A stretch of 62,793 nucleotides of DNA, filler included, from Welwitschia mirabilis (lineage: Eukaryota): the NCBI GenBank assembly GCA_051453625.1. It is 4 parts of one record of this genome, joined end to end, with 100 filler letters (N's around TTAATTAATTAA, not from the genome) between each part and the next. Parts side by side here need not be neighbours in the genome. Positions count along the whole stretch, not along the records: positions 1 to 30,662 come from JBOZIK010000001.1; 3 more parts are not named here. The stretch is one strand, 5' to 3'. Within the stretch, counting starts at the first letter, position 1, and each line of letters starts with the position of its first letter. Of the stretch, positions 1-13,926 are shown in pieces. Below the pieces are notes generated by a model. It saw nothing but the letters and a program-made list of their open reading frames with translations. It was not told the DNA's origin and made no database searches. Made by a program: the position numbers and the translations under genes.

Positions 1-400
1 CCTTGATGTTGTTTCACATAAACTTCTTCATTGAGAGTTCTATTTAGAAATTCATTTTTCAAATCCATCTAAAAAACTTTAATGTTCTTAAAGACTATAT
101 ATGATAGAAACATTCTAATACTATCTAATCTATCTACTAGAGCAAATGCGTCACCTATATCAATTCCTTCAATTTGGTTGTATCCTTGGGTCACTAATCT
201 TTCCTTGTTATTAATTACATTATTTTATTCATCACACTTGTTCTTAAAGATGTATTTTATTCCAATTACATTTCGGTCTTTTGATCTTTATAGAAGTTTT
301 CAAATATCATTTCTTTTAAAATATTGAAGTTAATCTTGCATAGTTATCATCCATTCTTTAAGAGATTCTGCCTCTTCAAATTTTTTGACTTCAATTTGAG
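1..400 (-). pseudogene. Copia reverse transcriptase, N-terminal remnant (S1)
   Basis: - strand reads QGYNQIEGIDIGDAFALVDRLDSIRMFLS and later NEEVYVKQ, matching copia RT QGYxQxEGIDYxETFAPVARLESIR...EEVYVEQP. Confidence 0.9.
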
Positions 401-639
401 AGACATAAGAAATGTGGGAACTCAAATTTTTAGGGGAGTTTCTTATTCAAAATTTTGAGCTAACATCTCTAACTATGGACTCTAGAGAATGATCTTTTAG
501 TTCTTTGAACTTTTTGGAAGTAACTTCTTGAGATGACCCTTCTTCCTTTTTGGTTGTTACTTTTATTATGAAGGTGCTTGGAGTTAGACTTTCTTCATCA
601 TTTCAAGGGAGAAGTCTTATATAAAGTCATCTATTTAAA

Positions 640-1790
640 TGTTTATAGATTCTTCCACTGGTAGACTTTATTTGTTAAACACTTGGTAGGCTAAACTTCT
701 AATTGAGTATCCTAAAAAGATTGCTTCATTAACTTTGAATCCAAATTTTCCCAAATGTTATCTATTTTTTAAGATAAAGAATTTAGTCTTAAGTACTTTA
801 CAATATTAAACATTTAATTTTCTTCCTTTTTAAATCTCACAGGGAGTTTTATCCATACTTAGTCTTAGGTAGAATCTATTTATAATATAGCAAGTAGCGC
901 TTACTACTTTAACCCAAAATTTTTTAGAAACTTCCTTATCATTTAACATTGTTCTCATCATTTCTTAAAAAATTTGTTTTTTCCCTCTGCAATTACATTT
1001 TTTGAGGAGTCTTTTAGGCTAAAAATTGATGTTCTATACCATTTTCTACATAATACTTTTTAAAAAGATGATTTTTAAATTCTCCTCCATGATCACTTCT
1101 AATTTTTTTAAATAATGTATCCTTTTTTAGTTTGAATTTTGTTATAGATTTCAACATAAATTTTATAAGTTTTAGCCTTATTTCCTAAGAAAGCAATCTA
1201 AGAAAATCTAGAGTAGTCATCAACCATAGTCAAAAAACATCATTTTCCTCCTAGACTTTTAGTTTTTGGAGAATCCATCAAATCCATGTGAATGAGTTCA
1301 AATGGCATTATTGAGGAGACTAGATTTTTACTTTTATGAGAAGTCCTAACTTATTTTCTTTTTTGACAAGCATCACATAGCCCATGTTTTTTAATATTAA
1401 TCTTGGGGATTCCTTTTACAATCTTCTTTTTAATGATAGTTTTGAGATGATCATAATTTACATGTCCTAATTGTTCATATCATAATTCTTACTTTATATG
1501 ATAAAAATAATAAGAAGATAAAGACTGATCAATTCTATAAACATTATCTATTCTATTTGTGTTAAGAAGAATATCCTTTGTTTTGCCATGTCTAACTTCA
1601 TAATTTTGAGTATAAAAAATAACTTTATAAACTTTATCATAAATTTTACTAATACTCAGCAAATTATATTTAAGACCATTCACATATAAAACTTCATTAA
1701 TTTTAGGTATGTTACCTCCATTGATGCTTTCAATCCCTTAAATCTTTACTCTTCCATTATCATTAAACATTACTTTTCCTCCATAAAAGT
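640..1790 (-). pseudogene. Copia GAG-pre-integrase and integrase remnant (S1)
   Basis: - strand: GLKYNLLSIS (ORF 1489-1683), CDACQ, LIHMDL, MVDDYSRFS, and CYIINR...KTPCEI-like segments. Confidence 0.88.
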
Positions 1791-2480
1791 ATTAAGAGCA
1801 ACCACTATTCAAGTACAAGCTAGTTCTATTTAATAATTTAAAAGCTATTTGGATTAATAAACTTTTTAGAGTATTAGCTCTTACCCACTTAGTCTAGTTA
1901 GACTAATGTGGTACACATCCCCTTGGGATAAATTTAAATTAAAAAGTACTAAAAAAATTTGAAAAAAGTATTAACTTTCTAGCATTGCAAAATAATTTAG
2001 AATNNNNNNNNNNNNNNNNNNNNNNNNNNNNNNNNNNNNNNNNNNNNNNNNNNNNNNNNNNNNNNNNNNNNNNNNNNNNNNNNNNNNNNNNNNNNNNNNN
2101 NNNNNNNNNNNNNNNNNNNNNNNNNNNNNNNNNNNNNNNNNNNNNNNNNNNNNNNNNNNNNNNNNNNNNNNNNNNNNNNNNNNNNNNNNNNNNNNNNNNN
2201 NNNNNNNNNNNNNNNNNNNNNNNNNNNNNNNNNNNNNNNNNNNNNNNNNNNNNNNNNNNNNNNNNNNNNNNNNNNNNNNNNNNNNNNNNNNNNNNNNNNN
2301 NNNNNNNNNNNNNNNNNNNNNNNNNNNNNNNNNNNNNNNNNNNNNNNNNNNNNNNNNNNNNNNNNNNNNNNNNNNNNNNNNNNNNNNNNNNNNNNNNNNN
2401 NNNNNNNNNNNNNNNNNNNNNNNNNNNNNNNNNNNNNNNNNNNNNNNNNNNNNNNNNNNNNNNNNNNNNNNNNNNNNNNN

Positions 2481-3760
2481 GAGATGAAGCCAATACCTTT
2501 CTTCTCATAAACTGGTCTTCATATTCCAAGAATCTATTCCAATTTACTTAAACTATTTAAAAATTTTTTTAGAAAGTGAGACAAGGTTTTTATGTATTAA
2601 GTAAGTTTGAAGTATTCTATTTGAGCCATCCTATACTCTCTCTTCAACTCTTCCTTTTCCTTGTTTAGTACACTTACTATCTTATTTAGTTCATCGATTT
2701 ATCTTACCAATTTTACACATTCTGAGTAGAGTTCTTGATAAGTATCTTCTAGTTTCTTTTGATCTTCTTTAATAAGATCTAGATCATCTAGTTCTATTGA
2801 GCAAGGCATTTTTTTTCTGAGAGGGACTATTATCATAAAAGAAAGTCTTCGGTCTCCATTTGACTCTTGGCTTAAGCTACTATTATATTCTTCATCTACA
2901 TTATCCCATGTAGTAGTGAAGGATGATGTCTTGGATTTCCTCTAATCTCTTTTATTTTTTGGACATTCGTTTTCAACATGTCCATATCCCTTACAAGCAT
3001 AACATTAGATCTATCTCTCTTTTTTTTTTTTCTAGATCTCTTCTTAGTTTGGAATGATTCCTCTTTAATTTCTTGCTTGGTTTACCTTCTTTCTTTATTC
3101 TATATAAGAATTTTTTAAATCTCCTTGCCAAAAGAACAACCTCATCTTCATCAAGGTCTTCATCTATTAAATTTGGATTCTTCTTGCACACTTTTCAATG
3201 CAAGGCTTTTGTTTTTATCTTTAGAAACCTTTAAATCATAAGTTTTAATATTACCTTAAAGTTCTTCAAGTACCATTAAATTAATGTTCTTGTTTTATTT
3301 AATGGCTATGACCTTTGGTTTAAATTATGTTGGAAGAGACCTTAGAGCCTTTTACAACCTTCCCTTTGTCCATTTTTTCACCTGCTTTATAGTAGATGTT
3401 CCTTTGTGGGCTATTTCAAGAATATTCCAACCTTCTTTGGCATGTTCAGAGTTCCAAATCCTTTTAAATTCATTTGTACACACTACACAAAAAATAACAT
3501 TAAGAGCATGGGCATCTAGGGATAGCCTTGGCTTTGTTAGTAGGGGTCCACTGGTGTCAAGATTTTTCTACCACCATGGCAGTTTCATTAATATTGGTTT
3601 TGAAAAAAGTAGGCATGATAAATCCATTGTAGATTACCTCCTCTATATTGACATTTAAGGATCTAACAAAGATTTTCATATGGACCTTCTAGTAGGAATA
3701 GTTTATCCCATCAAACATAGAATGTCTACTAGTGAAAAAGCCACTTGAAGGATTACTCAT
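2481..3760 (-). pseudogene. Copia gag remnant with zinc knuckle (S1)
   Basis: From ATG at 3760: MSNPSSGFFTSRHSMFDGINYSY*KVHMKIFVRS (Sirevirus-type RPPxFDGxNYxYWKxRM). ORF 2991-3191 has DEDEVVLLARRFKKFL. Decayed CCHC knuckle GYGHVENECP at ~2960-3005. Confidence 0.88.
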
Positions 3761-3813
3761 AGTTAGGGTTCAAGAGTCTAGATCTATTAGGATCTACCAA
3801 TGAATCAACCTTA

Positions 3814-3824
3814 CTTTGACACCA
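3814..3824 (-). promoter_or_regulatory. Primer-binding site, tRNA-iMet type (S1)
   Basis: ctttgacacca reads TGGTGTCAAAG on -, versus canonical TGGTATCAGAG; 2 nt from the LTR terminus TG at 3827. Confidence 0.75.
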
Positions 3825-3826
3825 AA

Positions 3827-5074
3827 TGAAGGATTTAAAATCCTAGAGGAAGGTGGAAGTTGGAGGGGGGAGGGGGTAAAGGACGGTTTGGATAAATAGG
3901 ATTTAAATAGAAAAATTAAATAAATAAATTCTAAAAGCTATCTTCACAAGTATTGAATACTAGAAATATTTGTTCATATGAATTATGAAAAATGATCTAA
4001 AAGTAAATAACTAAAAATAAAAAATACCAATGGATATTGACACATGATTTATAGTGGCTTGGGAAACCCCTTACCCCACTTTTGGTGATTAGCTTCTACC
4101 AAAGACTAATTTGGATCTTTGTTAATCACTTTATAAGTATTTCAAGTTCACCTGTAACTTTTATAATTAGAATTTTAAGAGGCTCAATTTCAACCTTCAT
4201 AGAAAATGATTTTTGGTAATAATAGTATGCTATAATGCATAAGATTCATTAGACTTGAATTATAATAATGATAGTTCTACATTGCTTGAAATGATATCAT
4301 AATCCATACACATACAATCAAATCTTATTGACCAAAACACTAATAACCAAAAGATGTTCATTCAATTTTGGTTAAGTAGAAGAGGTGATAAAAGATCTAT
4401 CAATAATTTTAATGATTGATAAATATATAGGAGATACATTTTAGGGTTTTACAAGTAGATTAGATACTCCAATAGATAAAAATAGAAGGCTAACAACTAG
4501 AAAAATCCCATTTCTATCATGATCGAATGACTTGTTAAAATTTCGAGTTGACCCCCTTAAGTGTCGTCACTGAAATCGATCATCCCCATCTTCTTATGGT
4601 TAACCTAAGATTTTTAACATCTTCATGTCTAGTTGACCTCATTATGGATCTACTCAATCACATGTCTAGTTAACCCCATGTGGAAAAAAGTGCAGAATAA
4701 CATTTTTAGCCTATGTCTAATTGATTCCTCTGGAATCTAGTTAACCCCTTGATGATAAAATATGAAACATTTTTACTCTAGGTCTAGTTGATCCCTTGAG
4801 AATATGATCGATCACTTGATGATTAGGTGTGATAAATTTATTATACAGGTCTATTCAACCCCTTATGAATCGGATCAACCCTTTAGTAATTTGATTTTAA
4901 AACTTCTTAATTAGGTATGGTTAACCCCTTATGAATCTAGTTGATCCCTTTGAGGGATTGTAACTTGTCAGATTTAGGTAAGGTTAGTGATAAATGTTTT
5001 CTACTTTTGACTTGCAAATATTTTTTGCAAAGAATACAACACATTTTGCTATATCAAAAAATTTTAATCTAACA
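3827..5074 (-). repeat. 5' LTR of S1 (~1.25 kb)
   Basis: TG at 3827 adjacent to the PBS; the other end ...aatctaaCA reads TGTTAGATTAAAATTTTTTGAT on -. Contains an internal motif array. Confidence 0.72.
4540..4950. repeat. Degenerate motif array in the S1 LTR (agttgacccc/agttaacccc; probable ancestral GTCGAC core)
   Basis: About a dozen variants: gagttgacccc, ctagttgacct, ctagttaacccc, ctagttgatccc, ctattcaacccc, ggttaacccc. Confidence 0.8.
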
Positions 5075-6199
5075 TCAACTTGATAAATTAAAATTTAATA
5101 GCATCGATTAAAGATTCTTGAAACATAAGGAAATAAACTAAAGAAAAATTTTCATTATGTGTCAGGATAATAAGTAGCATGAATAATTTTATTTTCATTT
5201 TGAAGCTTTTACAAAAGCATGAACATAGATCCAAAACATCAAAAGGATAAAGCAGGATGAAAATTATGGAAAGGAAGAAAAAACAAGGATGAGGATCATA
5301 TGAAAATGTTAAGAAATGTTAATCACTATTTCAAATTCTTTATGAAAGTTTCCTTGCATGAAACTTCTAGAGTTCAACCTTCATTTTTGAAATGCATCTA
5401 GTTTAAGATATGTATAGTTATATGGATAGCATGGTATATCTTATTTTTATCCTTCGAAAAATTCCTCCTAATATAACTAGTTAAATAGGCTTTCCTTCTT
5501 CGTAAATAGTGACTCATAATAAGGTGAAGACTATTGAAGAATCCTTTATGAAGAACTAATCTATAAAGATATATCCAATCTCATACCTTCCTACCTCCCT
5601 CCCTTCTTATTCCTTGCTCCTTTTTTTGTTTTTTAATGTGGTGACTAAGTCTTACATATCTATTTTGATAAAAGAACCTAATTATTAAACAAATTATTAT
5701 TTTTTCATTAGAATAAAATTCCATTTTTACCCTTTCAAATTATTTATCAATATTAAAAGAGAATTAATAGGCTTATTAATAAGTGCATAATTAGATCCAG
5801 AGATTAGTCCACTTGTAGTCACTATGCACTATACAGTCTTCTCAAGAATGAAGGTTGTAATATTAAAATTTTATTATCTTTGAAAACTTCTTGATTAAAG
5901 CTGCATGTGAAAGATATGTAAGTGTTTCCTTTACTTTAGATTCCAAAAAACAATACCAAATCATCTTTAGAATTATACAAAGGCATTTAATCCTAATGAA
6001 CATGCTTACCATTATTAGATTTACATACTTAAGTGTTAAAAATCCATTTAGAATTTTGATAGTGTAGTAATCTATGATGATAAATATAAACATGAAAATC
6101 TTTTATTTCTTTTTTATACAAAATCAAAGGGCTATTCATTGCTTCAACCTCTAAGTATTTGTACTTAAAAATTCCATTTCATTTTGCAATTTTACATTA

Positions 6200-7800
6200 G
6201 CAACTATCTAGTATTGTGTCTCCAAACATTTCTTCTTATAATTGAGTGGGACTAGGCCCTCTTTCTCTACATCAAGCATTCTACCTACTAATCCCATTTC
6301 AAGCATTCCCAAGATTTTACTTAGGATGACGTTGGTAGTAACAAGTATGAGGTGTGATGGATGTACCAAAGAGACTAGTAGTTTCTATTGCTACAACATT
6401 CAAGTCAAATGGCATAACATGAATAGGTGATGAAAGAGGTGGTGGTGATGGAATACAAAATGGTAATGAAGGGTAATGGAGTACAAGTATCTTGATAAAT
6501 GCAAAGATTACTATTAGGATAGCAAAGTATGAGGGAATCATCCTTTGATCTCTTTGACTTCATAATTTGTTTCTATAATGGAAGTCATTGCTCCCTCTTA
6601 ATTTATTCCTCATTATCATGTTCTTTTAACTCATTTGTTTTTTTTGCCATGCTGGAATAATAACCTATGTCAATTGGTGGTGGTGTTACCTCCTCCTTAA
6701 CGTCTTCTTCACTATCTATCCTTTAAAAGTTCCAATTTCCTCTTAACTAGATAATGGAGCCTCCTCCTCACTAAATATAGTATAGTCATCTTTGTCCTTC
6801 TTTAATATCAATGGATTTATATCAATTTTACCATCATCTTAGAAATTGTGTAAATATCCTTCTTTACTAAATATGATCCATGAAAACATGTTAATTTGAA
6901 ATGCTAAAATTGTTTTTTGGATGGTCCTCTACTTTTCCTTCTTCTGGATGAAGCATTGCTCATCATTTCTCACTGAACTCTAACAATGATTTCTTAGGCT
7001 TAATCGAAATTTAATTATCATATAGAAATACTAGCATTGCTGAAAATGATATTAATCAAGTAAGGATATCATAAATAGTATTCCCTTATGAAATATAGCA
7101 ACTATATATTTATATAATGCATAGTTAAGATCAATTTTAAAACTAGTAAGTATGCAATAGATCATAAACATCTATATGAGACTACCATAGCTATAGTAAT
7201 CACCTCTAATTAAAATAACATAAAATACTATTAAAATAAAAGTGAGGCACTAGAAATCATATCTATTCATTCAACATCATCATAACATGCCATTCTAGAT
7301 TTTACAAAAATGATTATGCTTAATTCACAATGAGACACTTTTGCAATCTTATTTGTAAAGATCTCTATGAATAATGCATGAATGATCTCTTTTAAAGAAT
7401 GTATAAACACATGAGATACATTTGTAGCATTACCATTAAGCCAATTATTAATTATACTAGGAGTCAAATAGGGAGATGTACCTCTTAATTAATTTCTAAA
7501 GTGGCCTATACATTTATTAATCTCATGAATGTTAACATAGAAGTCTCAAACCATTAGATTGAAAAGACTTTGTACCAATCATACAATTTTCTGCTAATAG
7601 AACTTAGTGAAGTAGAAGAGAATTTGATCTTTTCTCTATCTGTGGAATTTTAATATTCTTTTCATAATGATGAAATTATGAATCCATGAACTGTAGCATC
7701 TTTAAGTAGCTTCATGATAAAACAAAGTCTTATATTATGGTGGATGTCCTTTATGAGCAGTTCTCTTACATATGCTTGATCTTGTAGCCTTTTTACTTAT
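6200..7800 (-). pseudogene. env-like ORF remnant downstream of pol (S2)
   Basis: - strand ~7555-7440: MV*DFYVNIHEINKCIGHFRN*LRGTSPYLTPSIINNWL, resembling LVREFYAN...VRG...INxxL of plant env-like ORFs. IS*GNTIYDILT at ~7095 resembles LPYGxxLTxIF. Boundaries uncertain. Confidence 0.6.
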
Positions 7801-8089
7801 CATTTTTATTTGAGAGATGAATAATAAATAACATAATTGAAGGAAACTATGAAAATTATTAGAATTTTACACTTAGGAGAAGTATTCTACCTATTTCTAC
7901 TCTCCACCAATGCTTCTGGTAGTACTAAGTCATTTAGATAGATAGATTTGCAAAATAAAGGATACCTTGACACATGGAAAGGAATACCTACTAAGAAAAG
8001 AAGTGAAAATAAGGTTTTATGGCCTATTGCATGTTTAAGAAAAAGGTTTAAACCATAGTTTTTATGCTAAATTTTATTTGCTAATCTCT

Positions 8090-9000
8090 TATGTCAAAGA
8101 TTTCTATCATATAATAGATGTTTAGAACCAATTTTTAAGACCTCTGCATCTTAGAAAGACATCTATTTACAAACTTAACACACATCTACTTCAAGAAAGC
8201 AAAGGTGTTTATTACCATGAAAGACATCTAAAATTCAAAAATTAGTTGTCTACATATGTGAAATATGTCTATGCTAATCTATTGAGTGACTTTCACATTA
8301 TGAANNNNNNNNNNNNNNNNNNNNNNNNNNNNNNNNNNNNNNNNNNNNNNNNNNNNNNNNNNNNNNNNNNNNNNNNNNNNNNNNNNNNNNNNNNNNNNNN
8401 NNNNNNNNNNNNNNNNNNNNNNNNNNNNNNNNNNNNNNNNNNNNNNNNNNNNNNNNNNNNNNNNNNNNNNNNNNNNNNNNNNNNNNNNNNNNNNNNNNNN
8501 NNNNNNNNNNNNNNNNNNNNNNNNNNNNNNNNNNNNNNNNNNNNNNNNNNNNNNNNNNNNNNNNNNNNNNNNNNNNNNNNNNNNNNNNNNNNNNNNNNNN
8601 NNNNNNNNNNNNNNNNNNNNNNNNNNNNNNNNNNNNNNNNNNNNNNNNNNNNNNNNNNNNNNNNNNNNNNNNNNNNNNNNNNNNNNNNNNNNNNNNNNNN
8701 NNNNNNNNNNNNNNNNNNNNNNNNNNNNNNNNNNNNNNNNNNNNNNNNNNNNNNNNNNNNNNNNNNNTTTATATAGGAATATGGATGTTTATGGTTTACA
8801 AATATGTCTTTATTAATTGTTTAAAAATTTGTTATATTCAAGTATAAGAGGCATTCATGTTATGAAGGATAGAGATGTCTAATGATTTGTAAGATATCTT
8901 TAAATGCAAATATAGATGTTTATAATTCATAGTTCCTATTTCTTTAAAAATTTCTTACATTCAAGTGTTAGAGATGTGTAATATCATAAAAACATGCCTT
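8090..9000. repeat. AGACATCT/AGATGTCT motif array in the pol-env spacer of S2 (spans N gap 8305-8767)
   Basis: Recurrent aaagacatcta, atagatgttt, agagatgtcta, aagatatctt. Confidence 0.65.
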
Positions 9001-9189
9001 TTATTATTTAACTCAAAATTTTGAAATCAATATTAGCATGATTAAATTTGTTTAGTATAACAAAATTCTAATATATAAAGAATAAAATTTATCAACTAAC
9101 TACTTCCTTTTTATCTCAACTCGTAGATGATAATGATGGACAATAGTGTAGAGTTGACATTAAGAAGAGGTTTACTTATAGACTTACCT

Positions 9190-12170
9190 AACTGAGCATA
9201 GCCTAATTTCTAGATTTTGAAAAAGTTTGAACAACCTTTCTTTACTTAGAGGCTTGGTAAACACATTTCTAAGATAATCTTCTATCTTGATATATTCTAA
9301 GGAATTTTTAGCAGTTTTCACATGTTTTTAGAGGAAGTAATGTTTGATCTCTATATGATGTATTCTAGAATGTTGAATGGGATTCTTGAAGATGTTTAAT
9401 ACACTCTTCTTATTACATTAGATTGGTATGTTTTCCATTTCAAGTCCAAAATCTCTCAATGTTTATTTCATCTAAAGTACCTATGTATAACAACTTCTTA
9501 CAATAATGTATTTAGTTTTTTGTAGTTAGGATAATAGTTAGATTTTTCTTCTTGCTAGTCCATGAAACTAGACATTATCCTAATTTGTAATAACTTCCTT
9601 TTTTTTATCATCTTTGCAACTTGCCTAATGTATATCACAATACCTAACTAGATCAAGGTAGAAATCCTTTGAATACTAAAGGCCCCAATTAGTAGTACCT
9701 TTTAAATAATGAAATATTCTTTTGATAGCTCTAAGGTGTTATTGTCTAGAGTTACTTTGATAATAAGCAAAAATAACTAGACTTAAGAAGATCTCCATTC
9801 TACTAGTAGTAAAAATAAAGTAAACTACCAATCATACCTTTATACACATTTTGATCAGATTTTTTACTAATTTCAACTTGCTGCTTTGGTTTATGAGCAT
9901 ATCCTTGGCCTTGCAATCTTGTAATCCATATTTTTCTAGTTAATTATTAATGTATTCTATTTAAGAGATGAATATACCTTTTTTAGTGTTGCATAACTTA
10001 TAGACCTAAGAAGTTATTCATTTCTCTAATGAGAATTATCTTAAATTCATCTTGCATTATCATTTAAAACTTATTATACAATAACTTATTAGCAACATCA
10101 AAGATAAGATCATCCAATTAGATCTACATAATTATAAAATCATTACCATTATTTCTAATAAATAATGTAACATTAGATGTACTTCTTCTAAAGCCATTAT
10201 CAATCAAGGATTTAAGAAGCCTTTCATATCATATTTTAGAAGATTGCTTAAGTCCATAGTGAGTCTTTTTTAACTTGTAAACATAGTTATGATTGTGAGT
10301 ATTAATAAAATCTTGAGGTTTTTTCACATATTTTTCATAAAGATTATATCCTTTGAAGCATGCAAATTCAAGAAGCATTCTAATTGATTTCATGCATGCT
10401 ACTAGAACAACGTTTTCTCAAGTTCAATCTCTTTTTAGTAGTTACATCCTTTGAAAACTAATATTACTTTGTTTTTAATTACTTTTCCATTCTCATCTAT
10501 TTTGTTTATGAACATTCATTTTGTGCCTATTACTAGTCTATCTTGTGGCCTTGGAACTAACTCCTCAACTTCATATCTTTCAAATAAATTTAACTTTTCT
10601 TGCATGGCTAGTATATAATTCATATCATTTTCATCTTTATTAAATTTTTTAGGCTCTACTTAAGAGATATAGGCTACATGCCCATACAATTCCTAGGTGG
10701 TGATTCATGCTTAGATTCCACCTTATGGATTTCCAATGATGTTACTTGCTAAATGACTCTTTTTAAGTCTAATTATATATGAGAATGACTAATTTTCAAG
10801 TTATTTTTCTTTATTCTATTCACTGTCAGGTTGTGCAAATGAATTACTAGTTAATTGATCAACTCGCATAAACACATAATTATCTTACATACAAATAGAT
10901 GATGAATCAGTATCATTAATTTTAACGTTAATGGTCTCTTCTACTATTTATGTTCTTTTGTTAAACATTTGATAAGATTTATTAACCATCAAATATATCA
11001 AAAATATATCTTTGTCAACCTTTAAATAAAACTTCCTAAGTTTATCTTTTTAATTCAAGATAAAACATTTTGATCCAAAGACATAAAAGTAAGTTACAGT
11101 GGGTTTCTTATCAGATCATAACTTATAGGCAAATTTGGAAGTAAATATTCTTATCAAAACTCTATTGGAAACATAACATTTCATGTTAATGGCCTCTTCC
11201 CAAAAGTGATATAGAATCTATTGATCATGAATCATGGTTCTTGCCATCCTATTTGGTATCTAGTTCTTCCTTTCTACTACTCTATTTTGTTGCAAAACAT
11301 GTAACGCTATGACTTTGTAATATATGTCAAATTGGTCATAGAAGTCCTTGAATTTGCATTTTTAAACTCTAATTCCATTATTACATATTATGGTTTTGAT
11401 TGTATATTTCTTTTTATTCTATAACCTAATACACAACTTAAAAAATATATCAATTCATCCTTATGTGTAAGGAACATCATCCATGTAAAATGAGAATAAT
11501 CATCTACAATAGTTAAGAAGTATTTTTTCCTTACTAAACATTTTGTAGATGAAGGGCTAACATTATCAAGATTTGACACATCTAAATAACATTCAGTAGT
11601 AATGAAGTTTTTCTTTTCAAATCTTACCCATGTTTTATTTCCCTTTTGATAAGCTTCACAAACCTAGTCATCAAAATTTTGTAACTTTGATAGATTTATT
11701 ACCATTTATTTTGAAGATAAAGTCTTTAATAAATCCTTGTTAACATTTTTAAGACTTTTGTACCATATCCTGGCATTACCTATAGTACTTAAAAATTACT
11801 TTATTCCTTTGTTAGCAATATCTTGCATTGTAATAACACACACATTTGATTTTCTAAGACTTTGTGTAGTGATCCTTGAAAGTACAGTTAAGTTTGGTAA
11901 ATGTTATAGTAAAATTAGCATCAAATAATTGACTTACACTAAATAAATTGTGTTATAAACCTTAAATTTAAAATACATATTTTACCTCAAGAAGGTTACC
12001 TCCACTAATGATCTCAGTTCCTTTGATTAGTGCTTTTGTATTATCATCAAATGTGATTACATATTTGTCTTACTTAATCAAAGTAGGGAGCTTGAATTTA
12101 TTACTTATCATGTGTCTTAACCACCATCTATCCATATATCATGCATGTCTTTTTATGGCTTAAAAGGAAA
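9190..12170 (-). pseudogene. Copia pol remnant: protease, integrase, RT, RNase H (S2)
   Basis: - strand: protease W-x-x-D...RHM at ~12110-12150; KKYFLTIVDDYSHFTWMMFLTHKDE (ORF 11388-11579); RT VYKLKK..YGLKQ; RNase H with RIHHIEIKHYF-like motif and terminal VFTKPLSKER. Confidence 0.92.
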
Positions 12171-13870
12171 CCTATGTTAAATTTCTTGCCTTGGTTTAAG
12201 AATCCACATATTCTTAGGCCTTATTTGTACAAGATGTTGCACCCACCTCTTTGGCCTTTTAGAATAGTCAGAATAATGTCTTTTAGTAAAACTATATGGA
12301 AAGGTAAATTGGTAATAACCATGGTTATTGTAGTAATAATAAGTTATATTAATTTTTAATGTTAACTGCTCATACTTGGCCTATAATTCCACTTACTAAA
12401 TAGTATGGTTGAAGTACTAGTGGAATCTTTATTGCATCTTAAACCACTTCTACCATTGAAACTTCTAAATTTATCAAGCATGATCTTCAAGGTTTTTTTC
12501 CTGTTATGTAAATTTTTCATTAATCTAGTTTGAATTTATAAGTTCCTATCTAACATTATTTAACCATATGTAAGTTTGGTAATCTTAGATTTCCGTTTTA
12601 AGTTTTCATTTGTCAACCTTATGCTAGATTATCTCTCTTGTTCAAAAGCTAGTTCATGATTATGAATAGTTTTTTAATCTTAGTACATGATTTTTATAAC
12701 TTAATAATTCCTATAAAATTAAATTATGCTTGTTTTAAATGATATATCTATTTCATCCTCGCCTATTATGGCTTGAAAAGTGGCCATATAGGATGGGTAT
12801 GATCTTTCATCATCTAAGATATCCATTTTTGTGGAATACTTATCATCGTTTCATCTTGTAAAGAGTAACTTATGTCTCTTGAATTCTTTCCTTTATCCTT
12901 TTTCCTACAAGTGGTTAGAGATAGAAAACTCTAATGCTAGACATCCTCATCTCCCACATATTTCACATTCTAATCTAGAAATATCACTTTAAAATAAAGA
13001 ACTAGATGAAGAATTATAATTGGATTACCTTTTGTTTAAGGTCCTCATATCTTACTATTATCCTCAGATCTTTTGTTCTTTTGTGAAAGTAGCCTTTTAA
13101 CATGCTTTGTGATTAGAGCTAGTTCTTTGTTCTCATCATCTTCTAATTACTCCTAATCTAAAACTATTTTTACCTTTTATTTTTCTATTTTTCTTATATT
13201 TTGTTTTATTTCCTATGTATTTGATTTATTTCATAATACCATCTTAAATAAGGTTTATTTCATATGTTGTTAGGGCACTTTACAATTATTTAATCTTCAT
13301 AGTATTAAAGTTGTTTTATTCTTCCATTGGTATTATTTTTGGTTGATATTTTAGAGTTAAGGATCTAATCGCTATCTAGATGATTTTGGTCCTTGGAAGA
13401 TCACGACTAATTTCTTAAATAGTGTTTAATATATTGTTGGCTCTCATAAAGTACTCATGAACTCTTTCTTCATAATTCATCCTTAGATTTTCAAATTAAT
13501 TTATCGAAACTGACAACTTAAATTACTTAATCACTGATGTGCCTTAATATGTATCTTCCAAGATGTTTCATATCTCCTTAGTGATTTTATAGCTAACTAT
13601 AGAATTTGATTATTCAAAGATAAGCACTACACATAGTGCATTTTTCAATTTTAAGTCATACATGAAAGCCACTTTGTCATTATTATTGCATCTCTTTCTT
13701 GACTTGATTTGAATGGTTCTATTACCAACTAAGGCTTTGATGGTCTCTAAGGATTCTTTCCATTTATCTTTAATGCTTTACTAAAGACTATAAGTACATC
13801 AACATCCTCGTCTTCCAATAGATGTGGTTTATGCCGTTGCAGAGTGTAGGTGTGATGGGTGACAACTCTT
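12170..13870 (-). pseudogene. Copia gag remnant (S2)
   Basis: N-terminus PTLCNGINHIYWKTRMLMYL*S; degenerate knuckle ECEICGR*G at ~12945-12970. Confidence 0.8.
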
Positions 13871-13913
13871 TTATGGTTTACTTAAGGGTTTTATTTCTTT
13901 TTATGAGTACCCA

Positions 13914-13924
13914 CTTTGATAGCA
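13914..13924 (-). promoter_or_regulatory. Degenerate tRNA-iMet PBS (S2)
   Basis: ctttgatagca reads TGCTATCAAAG on -, two mismatches to TGGTATCAGAG, between the LTR and the gag start. Confidence 0.65.
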
Positions 13925-13926
13925 CT

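Larger units (their letters stand above)
1..5074 (-). mobile_element. Degenerate Ty1/copia LTR retrotransposon, Sirevirus-like (element S1), truncated by the window start
   Basis: On the - strand the order is LTR (3827-5074), Met PBS, gag, GAG-pre-integrase/integrase, RT. Integrase before RT is the copia order. Many stops and frameshifts. Confidence 0.9.

Noticed and set aside
3284..3658. 124-aa + strand ORF (and 148-aa ORF 36263-36709)
   Set aside because: Both are antisense to recognisable gag sequence and show no independent protein features.
4540..4950. Regularly spaced short repeats resembling a CRISPR array (also 50310-50510)
   Set aside because: Repeats are degenerate, unevenly spaced and lie inside plant LTRs; no cas genes.
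6317..6541. Small ORF with a hydrophobic N-terminus and Pro-rich stretch, like a secreted peptide
   Set aside because: Lies within the decayed env-like region of S2; hydrophobic runs arise easily in AT-rich DNA.
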